Shown here: in pieces, positions 11,701-22,004 of the stretch
Numbering within the stretch: position 1 is the stretch's first letter
How the letters are laid out: every line of letters begins with the position of its first letter
Assembly (NCBI GenBank): GCA_002256025.1
Contig: NKIB01015166.1
Location: 1-37,878 of the forward strand
Length of the DNA: 37,878 bases
Reading direction: 5' to 3'
Source: Asterionella formosa
Lineage: Eukaryota
Position numbers and translations under genes: made by a program
The notes under the pieces: generated by a model
What the model saw: the letters and a program-made list of their open reading frames with translations, nothing else
Database searches by the model: none
What the model was told of the DNA's origin: nothing

Positions 11701-12227
11701 TCTTTCCTTGGCGGATTTTCTTATTTGCTGTTGGCCTTCTTGTGGTAGGACCTCAAAATTATATTTTTCGTTGGGCAAAGGAAAGTCGTGAGCGAAGAAA
11801 GCCCCAACCGCCCAGACCACGTTCCATCTCAAGTGACGAAGTTAGCTTAATTGAGCGCTTCCCAGATGATCAACAACTTTTTGCCGGCCACCCTGCACTG
11901 AACCATCTAGCGGCACCAATTGATCAAAATCAAATAGACCCCCGAGAAGTGCACTATGTTGTAGTGCCTTACTCTCCATTGATGTATCAGCGTTTCTATG
12001 ATTGGCCACCAGAATCAGCTTATGCTCACGTGAAGAAGAAACCACCACTGCAACTGGAACAAACGAATCAAGAACAGAATAAATCAGTTCACCGAAATAT
12101 TCGCAGCATTGTGGAGATTGATCCTTCTGTGTTTGCTACATTACGAGAATATGATCATGATACTAGTTTGGACCGCAGTGGCTCTCGAGTGTCTCAACGG
12201 CGCTATACCAAAAACAAAGATGATTGA
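8730..12227 (+). CDS. 1165-aa membrane protein with an N-terminal PH-like region, one C2 domain and an MCTP/PRT_C-like transmembrane region
   Basis: Single long ORF. LEGTLYHRKGK..WKRRRVIL...EKTLWLRAF is PH-like. IRVEVLSCLGLPKSDRSSETDAVV...NPIW...LYVGVFDAD..DDFAGRVVIDL is a C2 domain. ISWVNPALS and IYTWQDPFLSFW...FPWR..VGP are MCTP-type TM segments. Confidence 0.85.
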   Translation: MAQLSRSNESSFPVVSFVTKGFSTIARPFLELGEAIIHSVIPEEGDENDTDFDEEAAAAALDDRLSLEGTLYHRKGKSTGRTPWKRRRVILDFENGGSLSIFQLPKKDPSKVIRKMYTKIHRSLSINGGTNLEGDSQDLLIYLSCEIPWTVKDVDDSSSFLVEIPTDNHTFMVLPGIQNKPDADVESLAASFDGENSEGGTLTLQVTNTTRQSLTHDFETARKKKKPVRFYFQCPRKENEKTLWLRAFAKLSRLSNETRRKYFFFETIGHLTKGSSRIRTDTSAQFLRESRQLEMGTMNAMREMSVSGLHDDVEELLRSTAEDKSAGGHREFRVEPNYCYPHTWMTREEMKEESILPSSTFYDVRQESLKGLEIGVIRVEVLSCLGLPKSDRSSETDAVVYLVCGAYAFATDVIPDNKNPIWLKKTRRACIFPVDHGYARLYVGVFDADNKVRDDFAGRVVIDLARLRPGSEYDVMLPLRLSAHVYSRRPRGAIRLRFQLDWKSERAALMSYIPRKVKFRDFQPRRDTTVACTNAKSFRNVAITIHGADLPGKFSFNHFKAVTREMNFTRKMMVLVVLTTIKNTISWVNPALSAFVFFAWMHCVYLNSFALVPAYFLSFLLLLMIRNYARYGIDGPASRHFLQPTWEEMFLALVKPSGTQNIEPIEMTTRILAGAGLQTSLEQSVSLVAIPKHQETKTHKPLGKRLLRGLGFLESKEELDGMTPDERHLEFPFSRGSDYPKHLIKDSLVVNVTKREKGKGKNNKAAGSIHQSKTIVEKSAEIPSLETDEYFPSFDDDDDGSDENETITELKHRNSSLISNSTSYDEDELSNSLPSQHSHRSEIPYELLPPYLRIPEQDIDRQGPSSGTKLSDDMAEIKEQMHKFTCHLFNDKTHIIKHNEAVYFGSVTKQGTKRRKHDVDTELQRLLQTGQYSHGNIIVSRIGQYLEPLVGGAQAWLCGCRAAVNIYTWQDPFLSFWVSLLGIVTVAILFVFPWRIFLFAVGLLVVGPQNYIFRWAKESRERRKPQPPRPRSISSDEVSLIERFPDDQQLFAGHPALNHLAAPIDQNQIDPREVHYVVVPYSPLMYQRFYDWPPESAYAHVKKKPPLQLEQTNQEQNKSVHRNIRSIVEIDPSVFATLREYDHDTSLDRSGSRVSQRRYTKNKDD

Positions 12228-12389
12228 AGAACTGCAACCTTGCAAATGGCCTCGAACAACTGCTGCTCCGATGTTTCAGAATCATATCAAAAAGATCACG
12301 AATAAGCTATGAAGATGAAAAGATCAATTCAAAACGTTGCATAGATGTCTATCGTATATACTTTAGATCACTCCAACTGTAAATCTAGT

Positions 12390-12871
12390 CTACGTAGTTC
12401 TTAAAGGAGGCGAGACCAAAACAACAATATCCCCCCTAACAAAGAGCATGCCGACCTTTCGAGTCGCCTTCTTAACAATTTCTTCGTCGGTCTCTTCATC
12501 TGTTTCAACAGTTGTGACAGTTTCTTCGACATCTCCTAGGATCATGTTCAGATGTTGGTCGTAGGCCTGCATCGAAGCAAACGGAGTCAGAACATTGAAA
12601 TCGGCAAACTTTCTGAAAACTCAAAAGCGAAAATAGAATCAACGAATTCTTTCACATCCTCCTTCTCTCCTCATCCTTTCAGGAGTTGAACATACCATCA
12701 GTCACCATTAAGGAATCAAGCGATATACCACCAGTATGTGTTCCTATACATTCAGAGCCAGATCGCAATGGAACGTACATGCAGTTTTCCTCGAAGCTCT
12801 CTATCATTACGGCATTTGACGTAAACTCTTTCATCTATTGATAGACGAATAAGATCCAGTGGCTCCTCCAT
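12390..12871 (-). CDS. LSM3: U6 snRNA-associated Sm-like protein LSm3, 2 exons (12871-12779, 12566-12390), 89 aa
   Basis: Exon 1 [31 protein letters not shown], a GTACGT..GCAG intron 12778-12567, then exon 2 [16 protein letters not shown]...[17 protein letters not shown] short extra upstream exon cannot be excluded. Confidence 0.95.
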
Positions 12872-13128
12872 GGTGATTTTATCTGCTAAGAGAGTGGAAA
12901 AGGTGCCTATGACTTGTTTAAGAAAAGGCGAATGGTTCAGGCGCAGGCCACTTCATGTACCAGTGGTATAAATGGAAGCAGAAAGGGCAGGGGGTGGGGG
13001 CGGGAAATTCGTGACTGTGATGGTTCCTGGTCCAGAGCAAGTTTTGTGGTATTATGTAGGAATTTTAGTTAATTTCTTTTTTTTCCCACAAAGTAAAAAC
13101 CGTCTTTTACCGCAACTCCCTACTCTGA

Positions 13129-13158
13129 GTACCAGGTAATATACGGTACCAGGTACCC
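13129..13158. promoter_or_regulatory. (GGTACCW)n cluster upstream of LSM3
   Basis: gtaccaggtaatatacggtaccaggtaccc, about 260-290 bp upstream of the minus-strand ATG at 12871. Confidence 0.5.
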
Positions 13159-13222
13159 ATCATCGTTGTTTGAGGTATATCGGTATTTCTTTAAAGTTTA
13201 TCTCGCTCTTGGAAGTCTTCTA

Positions 13223-14172
13223 CAGTATAATTCAGATTCCTGGCCCCCATTGGTTGCTGGACCCCCTCCCCTGTACATACTTCTCTAGGAGGCACCGAAT
13301 ACCCAATAATTTGTAGACATAGACAAAGTAACGTGCTATAAATTCTGATTTTTGTGGCGGAAATTGAATGACACTACCGGTACCAGGTACCATTAAAAAC
13401 TACCAGTACCACTGTCATACCACTGCCTATTATGCATTAATCATCATGTCAACAACACAATCAACAACAATCAACAGCCGCTGCAATGGGGAGCTGCTTT
13501 GACTGAATACTACCAACAATGGGCGCTCATGTGAGCAACATGAATGCTGTGGGTAGGCAGTCAAGGCTGGTGATGTGATCAGGTTCAAGCTGGCTGTTGT
13601 GGAGGGATAGATCAGGCAAGCCATTGGAGATGCTAATCAAGGCTGTCCTTATCAAGGAGCGATGGCACCAAACTCTGCACTGTTGGGTTTCTGGGAAAAA
13701 AGTTGTTGCAGCATTGCCTTCGCAAAGGATTAAGTACATTGACAAGTTTGTGCAGGTGCTAGAACGCACTATATGACAACCACGAAATTCTATGATGAGA
13801 AAGGAGAGCAAGCAGCCAAGAGGAATGCCGGAACGGCTTCATTCCGCTTGATGGAGGATATTCAAGGGCAGAAGTAGATTCTTTTGCAGCATTCTTCAAT
13901 AAAGCTATAGAAATTTATTCTATAATATATAGTATAACATTGTAGAACAGTAAATAGAGTCTGGAATCACTTGCTTTAGCTTGTATAGTGATTCCCGTCA
14001 AATATAGTTCTACTAGCTTCAACACGAAAACTCGAATCGAAAATTACGATTTGAGCCAGTTAACATTGACGCTACTATGGAATCATTGCTTCTACAAATC
14101 AATAATATAATAATAGAGCATGCTTAAACAGACTATAAAGTTACATTTCTAGTCACATGCTACACTTTTTGA
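13223..14172 (+). mobile_element. Left arm of a pogo-family DNA transposon (copy 1) carrying a HIRAN-like pseudogene
   Basis: Starts TA|CAGTATAATTCAGATTCCTGG and aligns by eye along its length with 29631-30910. Contains ctggaccccctccccc, whose reverse complement matches the right TIR region at 32090-32129. No right end was found for this copy. Confidence 0.7.
13446..13877 (+). pseudogene. Decayed ~140-aa protein with an NGRSCEQHECCG motif, HIRAN-like fold (inferred)
   Basis: Repaired translation: MSTTQST..GELL*LNTTNNGRSCEQHECCG*AVKAGDVIRFKLAVVE..GDA/IKAVLIK/DGT..CTVGFL..KYIDKFVQVLE..RNAGTASFRLMEDIQ*. Contains several stops and frameshifts. Confidence 0.65.
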
Positions 14173-15806
14173 CTAATATAGAGTCATCAATCGCTTGCAA
14201 CGTAACCAACTGATTTCCAGCAGGTGGGCTTAAAACTGAAATGCTCCCAAGATTCAGAAAGCGCAATGTAAAAATAAAACCATGGGGTAGCAGCCAGGTA
14301 GGCAATATTTCCAAGCTTTAGCTTTTTTGCCTTGAACCACCATGCATGATTTGGAATTGCAGTCAATAAGCTTGTATCATAGACAATACATTCTCACCAA
14401 ATAATCATAATCACACCACATCATCATCCACCATCATCTCATTTCTGCAAAGCCATCATTGCCTTAACCTCTGCTATCCATATTGACAAAAAGCCAACTT
14501 TCCTAACCAAAAACACAATGGCCATATTGGGGTAAAAGAAATAGTAGGTGCTTAGAGTTTGGATTAAAATGAAAAATATTAGCGAACAAGAGTAGAACTC
14601 AGACCTAGTAAACTACATATGACCTCTTATACATGACAGTGCGTGTGCTATCGTTGCAAGCTCTAGTCCTATGTAGGTGCTAAACCTATGATTTCGGAAT
14701 ATTCAATAGAGTTGATGGATTCCTGCTGCCCTTGCTGCTGCTTCTTTTGTGCTCGTCCTGCCTTCTTGACGTTTCGCCACTAGTTGTTCGTATGCCACCT
14801 AGTACCAAGAGGTACTTAGCTTTACACAGAGAGTCAACGTTAAATCGAGTAAATTCACGTTTTGGACTAAAACTGCTAGATACGAACACAATTAGTCAAG
14901 CAATGATGTTGTAGCGATTTATGCACTAACCAATGATGGTCGTGCTTTGAACTCGTTAATTAGCTGTGTTGCTTCCATATTTAGTCCCAAAGGTTGCTGT
15001 TGACAAGAAATGGAATGAAAAAGCTAAATAAATTTTTACTCCAGTCAGCTGGCATCACTTTTTTAATACATGTACAGGTAGTATTGTGATATCTTTCGGC
15101 TAGAAAATTAATTTAGTGTCCGAATAGAATAGTTTGTCGGTTCATAATATGCAACAATGTCATGTTGCATGCTCCTCTACCTAAATGGAGAACATCAGCT
15201 GCGACCTCGCGGCATGACTACCTGAAACAGTACATACGAGATTTTTTCTTGAAATCACCGCAATCACCTATGAAGTGAGTTGAGCAGCACCGGACAGATG
15301 AGAACTTGAAGCGAGGTCCGAATGAATTCTTGAGGAATACTGTATGGTATACTACTGTTATGATGGCCACTTACACCTGGGTAGTAGCTGGTACCGGTAA
15401 TTATAGTATTGACAAAAGTAATAAAAAATACATAAGCAAGACTTGCTTACTTTTCTTCATTTTGCTTCGGGCCGCCGCTCTATTGCCCCAGTCATTGTGA
15501 CCGGCAGAATTACCTGATAATGATGTAAAGACTGCCCTCTCCTTTATCATACCCGGTCGTAGATCAATACATATGTAGAAGCCAGCAAGCAGCCAAGAAA
15601 AGACCTCGCGCATCTGCTTGTTTGAGTCTTATTTTTGCCTGAGTAGCGGTAGTACCATCGAAAAATACCTACCGGGTAGCAATAAATCACATTTCCTTTG
15701 TTCCCCTCATAATCAATTCGCCAACGCTGGGTATGATAGATGTGCATACCAGTAAGCTGTTGCATGTCTCACGATTCTTGAACAAAAAAGCAAACTAGCA
15801 AACTAA

Positions 15807-17324
15807 ATGTCATCAATAATCAGAGCAGCCACTCAGCAATGGAAAAATGTTCCGAAGTGGGTGATTGGGGTCACAGTGGCCACGCCAGTCTTTGCCGTTG
15901 TCCAAGGATCCGCCATGTTGTCTGACTATCGGAAGAACCATGGCCATGCGCCCTTTCCAATATCCCCCTCCAGAGGAATAGTCGTGGTGAAATCAGAAGT
16001 CAAGGGAGAGGAAACACCTTTGCGAGTGCTTGTCATTGGAGATTCTTTAGCAGCAGGCGTTGGAACTTCCCTTTCGGGAACGCCAGTGTTGCCGGAAAGT
16101 ATTGCGCGCGCACTCAGCCAATCGTTGGGCAGAGCAGTGAGCTGGACGTGTGTAGGCACCCCAGGAGCCTCGTCAGCTCAGATTGTCTATGACATACTTC
16201 ATATGGAAGATTCACCGCATATGATGGAAATGAGACTTATTGAATGGCAGGCGACTGGTCGCCGTGCCCAAGAGTGGCTGCAACAACGAATTCTTGGAGA
16301 CGATTCTTCTCAGCGAACTGAAAAACACGTTCCTGAACCATCAGAGCCTGCTGTCAGCCGAGTTCAAGTATGGTGGGGAAAAGTGAGAAAAGATGTAACT
16401 GACTTTCGAGAAAAGGTAGTGAAGAAGCACGCTGACGAAAACGATGAAATCACAAAGCAACTCTTGTTTGAGCGTCGATTAGTGCGAAGGGAGTCGATTC
16501 AAGTTGATCCCGAGCGCTTTGACATTGCTGTCGTTTTAACAGGCTTGAACGATTTAAAATTTGCCTTTTTACCTTTCATGATGCAAGGAAAGAACGCGGC
16601 TACTGTGCCAGAGAATCAGCACAACACGTCCGTTGACGGGCTGAGAAGTGAACTCCAAAGAGTGTTGGTAGCACTCAAGGGTCGAATGAAATTAGAGATT
16701 GCAGAGGATTGCAAGGAACAAAAAGAAAGTGAAATGCCGGTACAATTATCCTCCACACTCGCAGTGAGCCCAACGGAAAGATCAGGTCGAGGACCATTGG
16801 TGGTCTTTCCTGCTATGCCAGCACAACCCCTACCAAGCTTTCAGCGAGCACCCCTAAGTTGGTTTCTTATTCCCTTAATCCAAATGATGGACGCCAACAA
16901 GAAATATCTCGCTGATCAATATCCTGGTATGGTACTGTACGTAGAGTCTCCCAGCAATGAAACTATACGACGATATGAAAAGGGTGAAGGTCCCCTTTTT
17001 GCTGCCCGAACCGCAGAGCAGATCTTGGTTACGGTGACGGATGTCACAAAACAAGCCAAAGAAAAAGTAGAAGACCTGATGCATAAACATTATCAACGAT
17101 GGACTATCGATCGAGAACACGATGAAAATGAACCGTCGTCCTCCCATCGAGATATATATTCCCAGCAGTGTCACGACCACCTGCCTCCCAGGAAATCCAC
17201 GTCTCCTGGTTCCACCTTGGTTTCACCAGACAATGTTCACCCCAATGATAACGGGTATGATTTTTGGGGACGGCACATTGCTGCTGCCATTGTTAAGGAA
17301 TGGCAAAAAGGGCAAGCTTCATGA
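15807..17324 (+). CDS. SGNH/GDSL-family hydrolase (esterase/lipase), 505 aa
   Basis: Block I VLVIGDSLAAGVG, block II GTPGASS, block III DIAVVLTGLND, block V DNVHPNDNGY. N-terminal hydrophobic segment. Confidence 0.9.
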   Translation: MSSIIRAATQQWKNVPKWVIGVTVATPVFAVVQGSAMLSDYRKNHGHAPFPISPSRGIVVVKSEVKGEETPLRVLVIGDSLAAGVGTSLSGTPVLPESIARALSQSLGRAVSWTCVGTPGASSAQIVYDILHMEDSPHMMEMRLIEWQATGRRAQEWLQQRILGDDSSQRTEKHVPEPSEPAVSRVQVWWGKVRKDVTDFREKVVKKHADENDEITKQLLFERRLVRRESIQVDPERFDIAVVLTGLNDLKFAFLPFMMQGKNAATVPENQHNTSVDGLRSELQRVLVALKGRMKLEIAEDCKEQKESEMPVQLSSTLAVSPTERSGRGPLVVFPAMPAQPLPSFQRAPLSWFLIPLIQMMDANKKYLADQYPGMVLYVESPSNETIRRYEKGEGPLFAARTAEQILVTVTDVTKQAKEKVEDLMHKHYQRWTIDREHDENEPSSSHRDIYSQQCHDHLPPRKSTSPGSTLVSPDNVHPNDNGYDFWGRHIAAAIVKEWQKGQAS

Positions 17325-17602
17325 TGACACACCAAGCACGAGTTTAGACATGAGGACATCATATCGCATTGCTTAACAAATGAATAGATAGGTCATCAGA
17401 TTTGACTGTACCATCTATTCTGTGGTGGAATTCCTTTACATTCTTCGACATGTAGTTTCAGGTTCAGATTCAGATATGGAAGAACACTACCAATCAGCAT
17501 TGTTCCAAAATCATTCCTCTCATTAAAAGGTTCCCACCTGGAACCAGATACCAGAAACCAAGCTATCTGATGCAGATTCTTATCATTGATGAAGCTGTAC
17601 TA

Positions 17603-18538
17603 CCGTAAATCCTGTGTTCCTGTCTCATCAAATGTTCTCACCCATGACAAATAGATCTACTTAGATGGGGAGACAGGAGATGGCGATTTTGGCATTGCCC
17701 ACTTCCATTGATCAAAATGTCATCCCCATCGTCTTCTCCATAGTTTAAAACATGCAAATATTGATAAGAAGTGATATTGTTCTTGATTTAATCAGTTTCT
17801 ATGATCATTTGTTTTCCAATTTTTGGAACACTAGTGCTCTAGAAAATTAACACAAGTCACATACTGATTTCTAGAGTGATGTAGCTTTACATACCTGTTT
17901 CTACACATATTGCCTTGTGTAGGTTCTTTAAAGTTCTGTCCTGCTGGAATTTCCGCAAGCCAATCAAATCATGCTATGATTTTTGTACTTCACTAAAATG
18001 GGTGCATTATCAAGAAATACAAGGCAGGTAATCCATCCTTTTGTGGTGTCAATACAAACAACCAATTCTCAGTTAAAAATAGCTTTTTTCACATGTTTTC
18101 CTACAATTAGTCATGTTATTGTTTTAGTCGTCATTGTAGTGTGTTATTAGAATAACACTTTTACAATTGTATTTTCTATGCTGTGCTTGATAAATGGACC
18201 AAATTGGAAGCCTTGTTCTCAATTTTCGTGTAGATATTTGCTATCTTTGTCATTGGCTTTGATAACATGATACAAGATGTTCCAGTCAAGTAAAACGGCT
18301 GCACTTCAATGTTTTGTATGTACAAAATAATCGCATTTTTTAGCTAAATTACAATATACTTGTGCTTATGAAGGATTCTTTGGTTACCAGCCATACTGAT
18401 AAATACAAAAAATAGCTTACGATAGAAAAATAAAATGTTTTCTTTCCTGCACAAATAAAATATTTGGGTACATAATACCAGATGTACAAGGAGGAGGAGA
18501 CAGGAGCATAGGGGAAAACAGGAACACGGGATTTACGG
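17603..18538. mobile_element. Non-autonomous Tc1/mariner-pogo-type element (MITE), 936 bp, TA target duplication
   Basis: Left TA|CCGTAAATCCTGTGTTCCTGT and right ACAGGAACACGGGATTTACGG|TA (one mismatch in 21 bp). Internal ggagacagga repeats. No ORF. Confidence 0.85.
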
Positions 18539-18653
18539 TATGTATTTGGCTAATATTACATTTACTAATAAGACAATATTTACCCTAGGTAAACTGCCTA
18601 TGGTAGAACGATGAACAGTAATAAAATATAGAGAAACTGCTATCTGATGGTAC

Positions 18654-19409
18654 CAGTTAAAAACTGTAAGCCACCGCTAGACGGAGTAAACGCATGGTTT
18701 GAATTTAGTTTGCAAGATACGTTAATTATTGTCACGAAAGAGTTGTTCAGATTCATATACAGACTAAATAATTACTGGTACATACTTGTTTTGTCGCATT
18801 TTGTAAGTTGTTAAATGCTTATTAAGGCCCAAAGGATGGTGACAACACGAAATTGCGAAAGATGGATATTTTCACGTTTACTCTACTAAGCTGGCATCGC
18901 CTTTTCTATAAATATACCGGTATATCATGTACAAGAATAATAATGTTCTTCTGATAAAATTAATTTATTATAATTAATTAGGGGCACGAGGTCATTATGC
19001 TTTCGAATACACTATGCCTCAGAAGCATTTGCTAATGATACAAGCGCAAAAAGCATACTGTATTGCGCCTAAAAGGTGAAGTAATACGAAAAGGATTTCC
19101 GTAGTAGTATAAACGGAGTAAAAATACCCACGGTTTGGAGGGAAAATATATCCATGTACAGATAGAAAAATATGCCCTGTAAGCCACTGCTACTATGCAA
19201 CAAGCGATCTTGATGCCTTTGAAAAATTAGATCTTCATGGCTCTATCAACTGAATCAAACTTAACGACTTATTTCTTGAGTAGAGTGGTGCATCATCGTC
19301 TCACATAGCTACACTTCGTACTTGCATCAGATTTCGTTGTTTGATAAATTACTTAAATATTTTCAGTCAGAAGATGGAGTAAAATAGCGGTGGCTTGCAA
19401 GTTTTACTG
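18654..19409. mobile_element. Older MITE with CAGT-starting imperfect TIRs
   Basis: Left cagttaaaaactgtaagccaccgcta versus right (reverse complement) cagtaaaacttgcaagccaccgcta. Internal copies of ctgtaagccac (~19177) and ggagtaaa. TA duplication not preserved. Confidence 0.6.
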
Positions 19410-19691
19410 CAAATTAGCTTCGCTTTTTTACTTCCAGACCATATGAATTCTTCTTTTTCTTTGTGACCATAAATTTTCTCCAACTACTCAAAACTTAATA
19501 ATGCTGGTCCTTGTTCATACAAGTTGTTCTTCATAGTGCTGACCTAGCAAATCAAAACAGTAAATTTTTACATTTTTACTTTTTGGATGTTTTGGTGCCA
19601 GCTAAATCTTAGCAGGCCAAAATTGTTCAATCTGAACTGTTATTTATTGTCATTATGTGAGATCATATCCAACAGCACCTCGAAATAGCAT

Positions 19692-19778
19692 CAAGTTGCG
19701 GTAATTTGCTGAAACTAAAGATTTAGCTATCTTTATCCCAGATCAAAATGTTAGTTTAAGCAAAATGACCGCAACTTG
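19692..19778. repeat. Imperfect inverted repeat (hairpin), about 38-bp arms
   Basis: caagttgcggtaatttgctgaaactaaagattt pairs with aaaatgttagtttaagcaaaatgaccgcaacttg. Confidence 0.7.
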
Positions 19779-19838
19779 CATGACATTGGTCCTGTTACCG
19801 TAGCTAACTCAAAATGTTAGTGACATGGCGCCTTGAGT

Positions 19839-19868
19839 GTACCGGTACCTGGTACTATGGCTACCGGA
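19839..19868. promoter_or_regulatory. GGTACC/TACCGGTA cluster upstream of RRS1
   Basis: gtaccggtacctggtac..ctaccgga, plus cctaccggtac at 20161-20171, upstream of ATG 20271. Confidence 0.5.
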
Positions 19869-20270
19869 TGAACCGTACAAATTCCAAGCACGATTTCATA
19901 CATGCATTGTATAATTTATAATTGTCTTTGTTGCCGTATTTCGACATCAAGTATGGCATACGAATGGATTCTGGATTCCGTCCTGTGTTACCCTCGTGTG
20001 TAGAATTCATTGTATGTAGCCTGTTCATATCACATCTTCATAAATGTCGAAGTGTCCGGTAAAAACTGAAACGCAACTCTTCATGTCCAGTCCGTTCGTT
20101 GCCTCTATCGATCGCAGCCATTCAAAGAAATCCAACATCCTGCAGTATTTCGTAAATTCTCCTACCGGTACTGAAAATCTGAGAAGAGGTGTTTTCTGTT
20201 TCACCATTCTTTGCCTTATTATCCTACCTACTATTTCCCAGTTTGCAGGGTAAGCGAAGCAAGCATCATT

Positions 20271-21769
20271 ATGGTCTCCACGAGAAGGTCTCAGCCAAAG
20301 GTAACGAGCAGTGATCTAGATTACGCGAAGGCTGCAGATGCCGTTGCTGCCGAACAATCAGAAGTCGACGATGAAACCCCTGAGGAAGACCTCACCAATG
20401 AGAGCGGCGATGACGAAAAGTCCGAAGAAGAGTCCATCGAAGAGCAAGATAGCGAAAATCAAGGAGAAGAATCCGCGGAAGATGATGTTGACGACGAGGA
20501 GGATGAAGATTCTGATGACGAGACCCCTGAGATACCGCAAGTACAGATCAAGCCTATGACATCAGCAACAGGAGAACAGGTTACATTTGACCTTCGAAAT
20601 CTACTTGCGATCAACTCACATCAAGTAAATGCTTCTGTTCTCTACAAGAATACGAAGCCGAAAGTTTTGGAAGAGAATGTCACCATTCCTCCTTCAGGTC
20701 TTGGAGTTAATGTTGACGACAACTTTTTGCTTGACAAAGCAACCGATGGTTGCGCACAACTGGTTAGTGCTCTTTGGCAACTTCCTACTGAACGAAGTGA
20801 TGTGGGACCTCTCATTACTCTTCCTAATTTTTGTGAGACCCGACTTCCCAGGACACTGGTAAGTAGACGAAACTGTTTTGGCGAGTAGGAACGTCACCGA
20901 AACCACTTTTATATCTCACATTCCACCATAATTAGCCTCCGCCGCCACCCAAGACAGAGACCAAATGGGAGAAATTCGCCAAAGAAAAGGGTATAGGTGT
21001 CAACCAAGAAAAGAGATCCAGAAAAGTTTGGGACGAAACCACACAATCTTGGATGTACCGAACCGGCTTTGAACGAGCTAACAATACCTCCAAGGAATGG
21101 CCAATTATGGAAGTGAAACGCAACGATGACCCCTTTGCCGATCCCTGGGAGAAACTTCGAGATGAGAAAAAGGGGCGTGTTAACAAGAATATTCAAAATC
21201 GCATGAAAAATGAAGAGCGAGCCGGCAATTTGGAAAAGGGTACTACCAATCGCACAATGAAGAATATGACACAGGTTCGAACCGAAGGAAAGAAAGGAGG
21301 CAACGCTGATCGCGACCAGGTGCTACCAAACGGAGTTCCTGTTGACTTGAAGGCACTAAAGGGTAGCGACACTATCAACTCCTTGAAGAGGGGAAGGGAC
21401 AATACTCAGAAAGCTCTGATGGCAACACAGCGATCAACAGCTTCGCTTGGAAAATTCGACATGATGCGGGAGGGAGAACCTGAGCGTAAGAAGGCCCTGG
21501 CGGGACTCAAGAAAAGAAAGTTTGAAAGCGCTACAGATAAAAAGGTGATTGCGTCGGAATCCGACCGTGGAATGAAATTGTTGAATGCAGTCATTTCGGG
21601 CGGTGGCGCAGCAAGAGAAAAAGCAAAAAGAAAGGGACACCTTGCAAAGGGGGAAACTGCGTACGACTATGATTACGAAGATGGATTAGGTGCGTCGTCG
21701 TTCAAAAAGAAGAAGGGCCGAGCGGGAACAGGTAAACAAAAGAAGATGACGAAGAAGCGCATAGTTTAA
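20271..21769 (+). CDS. RRS1: Ribosome biogenesis regulatory protein RRS1, 2 exons (20271-20858, 20936-21769), about 473 aa
   Basis: TFDLRNLLA...QLVSALWQLP...TRLPRTL joins through a GTAAGT..TAG intron (20859-20935) to PPPPPKTETKWEKFAKEKGI...RKVWDE...STASLGKFD, the RRS1 signature motifs. Confidence 0.93.
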
Positions 21770-22004
21770 TTTGAATCATTGGATTGCAAGTTCACCTAGC
21801 CGTATAGAAGTATTATTGTATATGATCACAGATTACTACTCGTGACAGGTGAAATGATGATAACTTACGACTAGAATACACTCGATATACGAGAGGAAAA
21901 TGTTGGGAATCATCATCTTCGCAGTGGTGCATTTGTTTGCTCCCTGAAAACGTGCACTAGCTCTCCCCGATGCTCATCAAATTGAATCAAACATGTCCTT
22001 CAGG

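Noticed and set aside
15312..15343. Possible right TIR for the copy-1 pogo element (..ggtccgaatgaattcttgaggaatactgta)
   Set aside because: Only patchy similarity to the left TIR, and it requires several indels.
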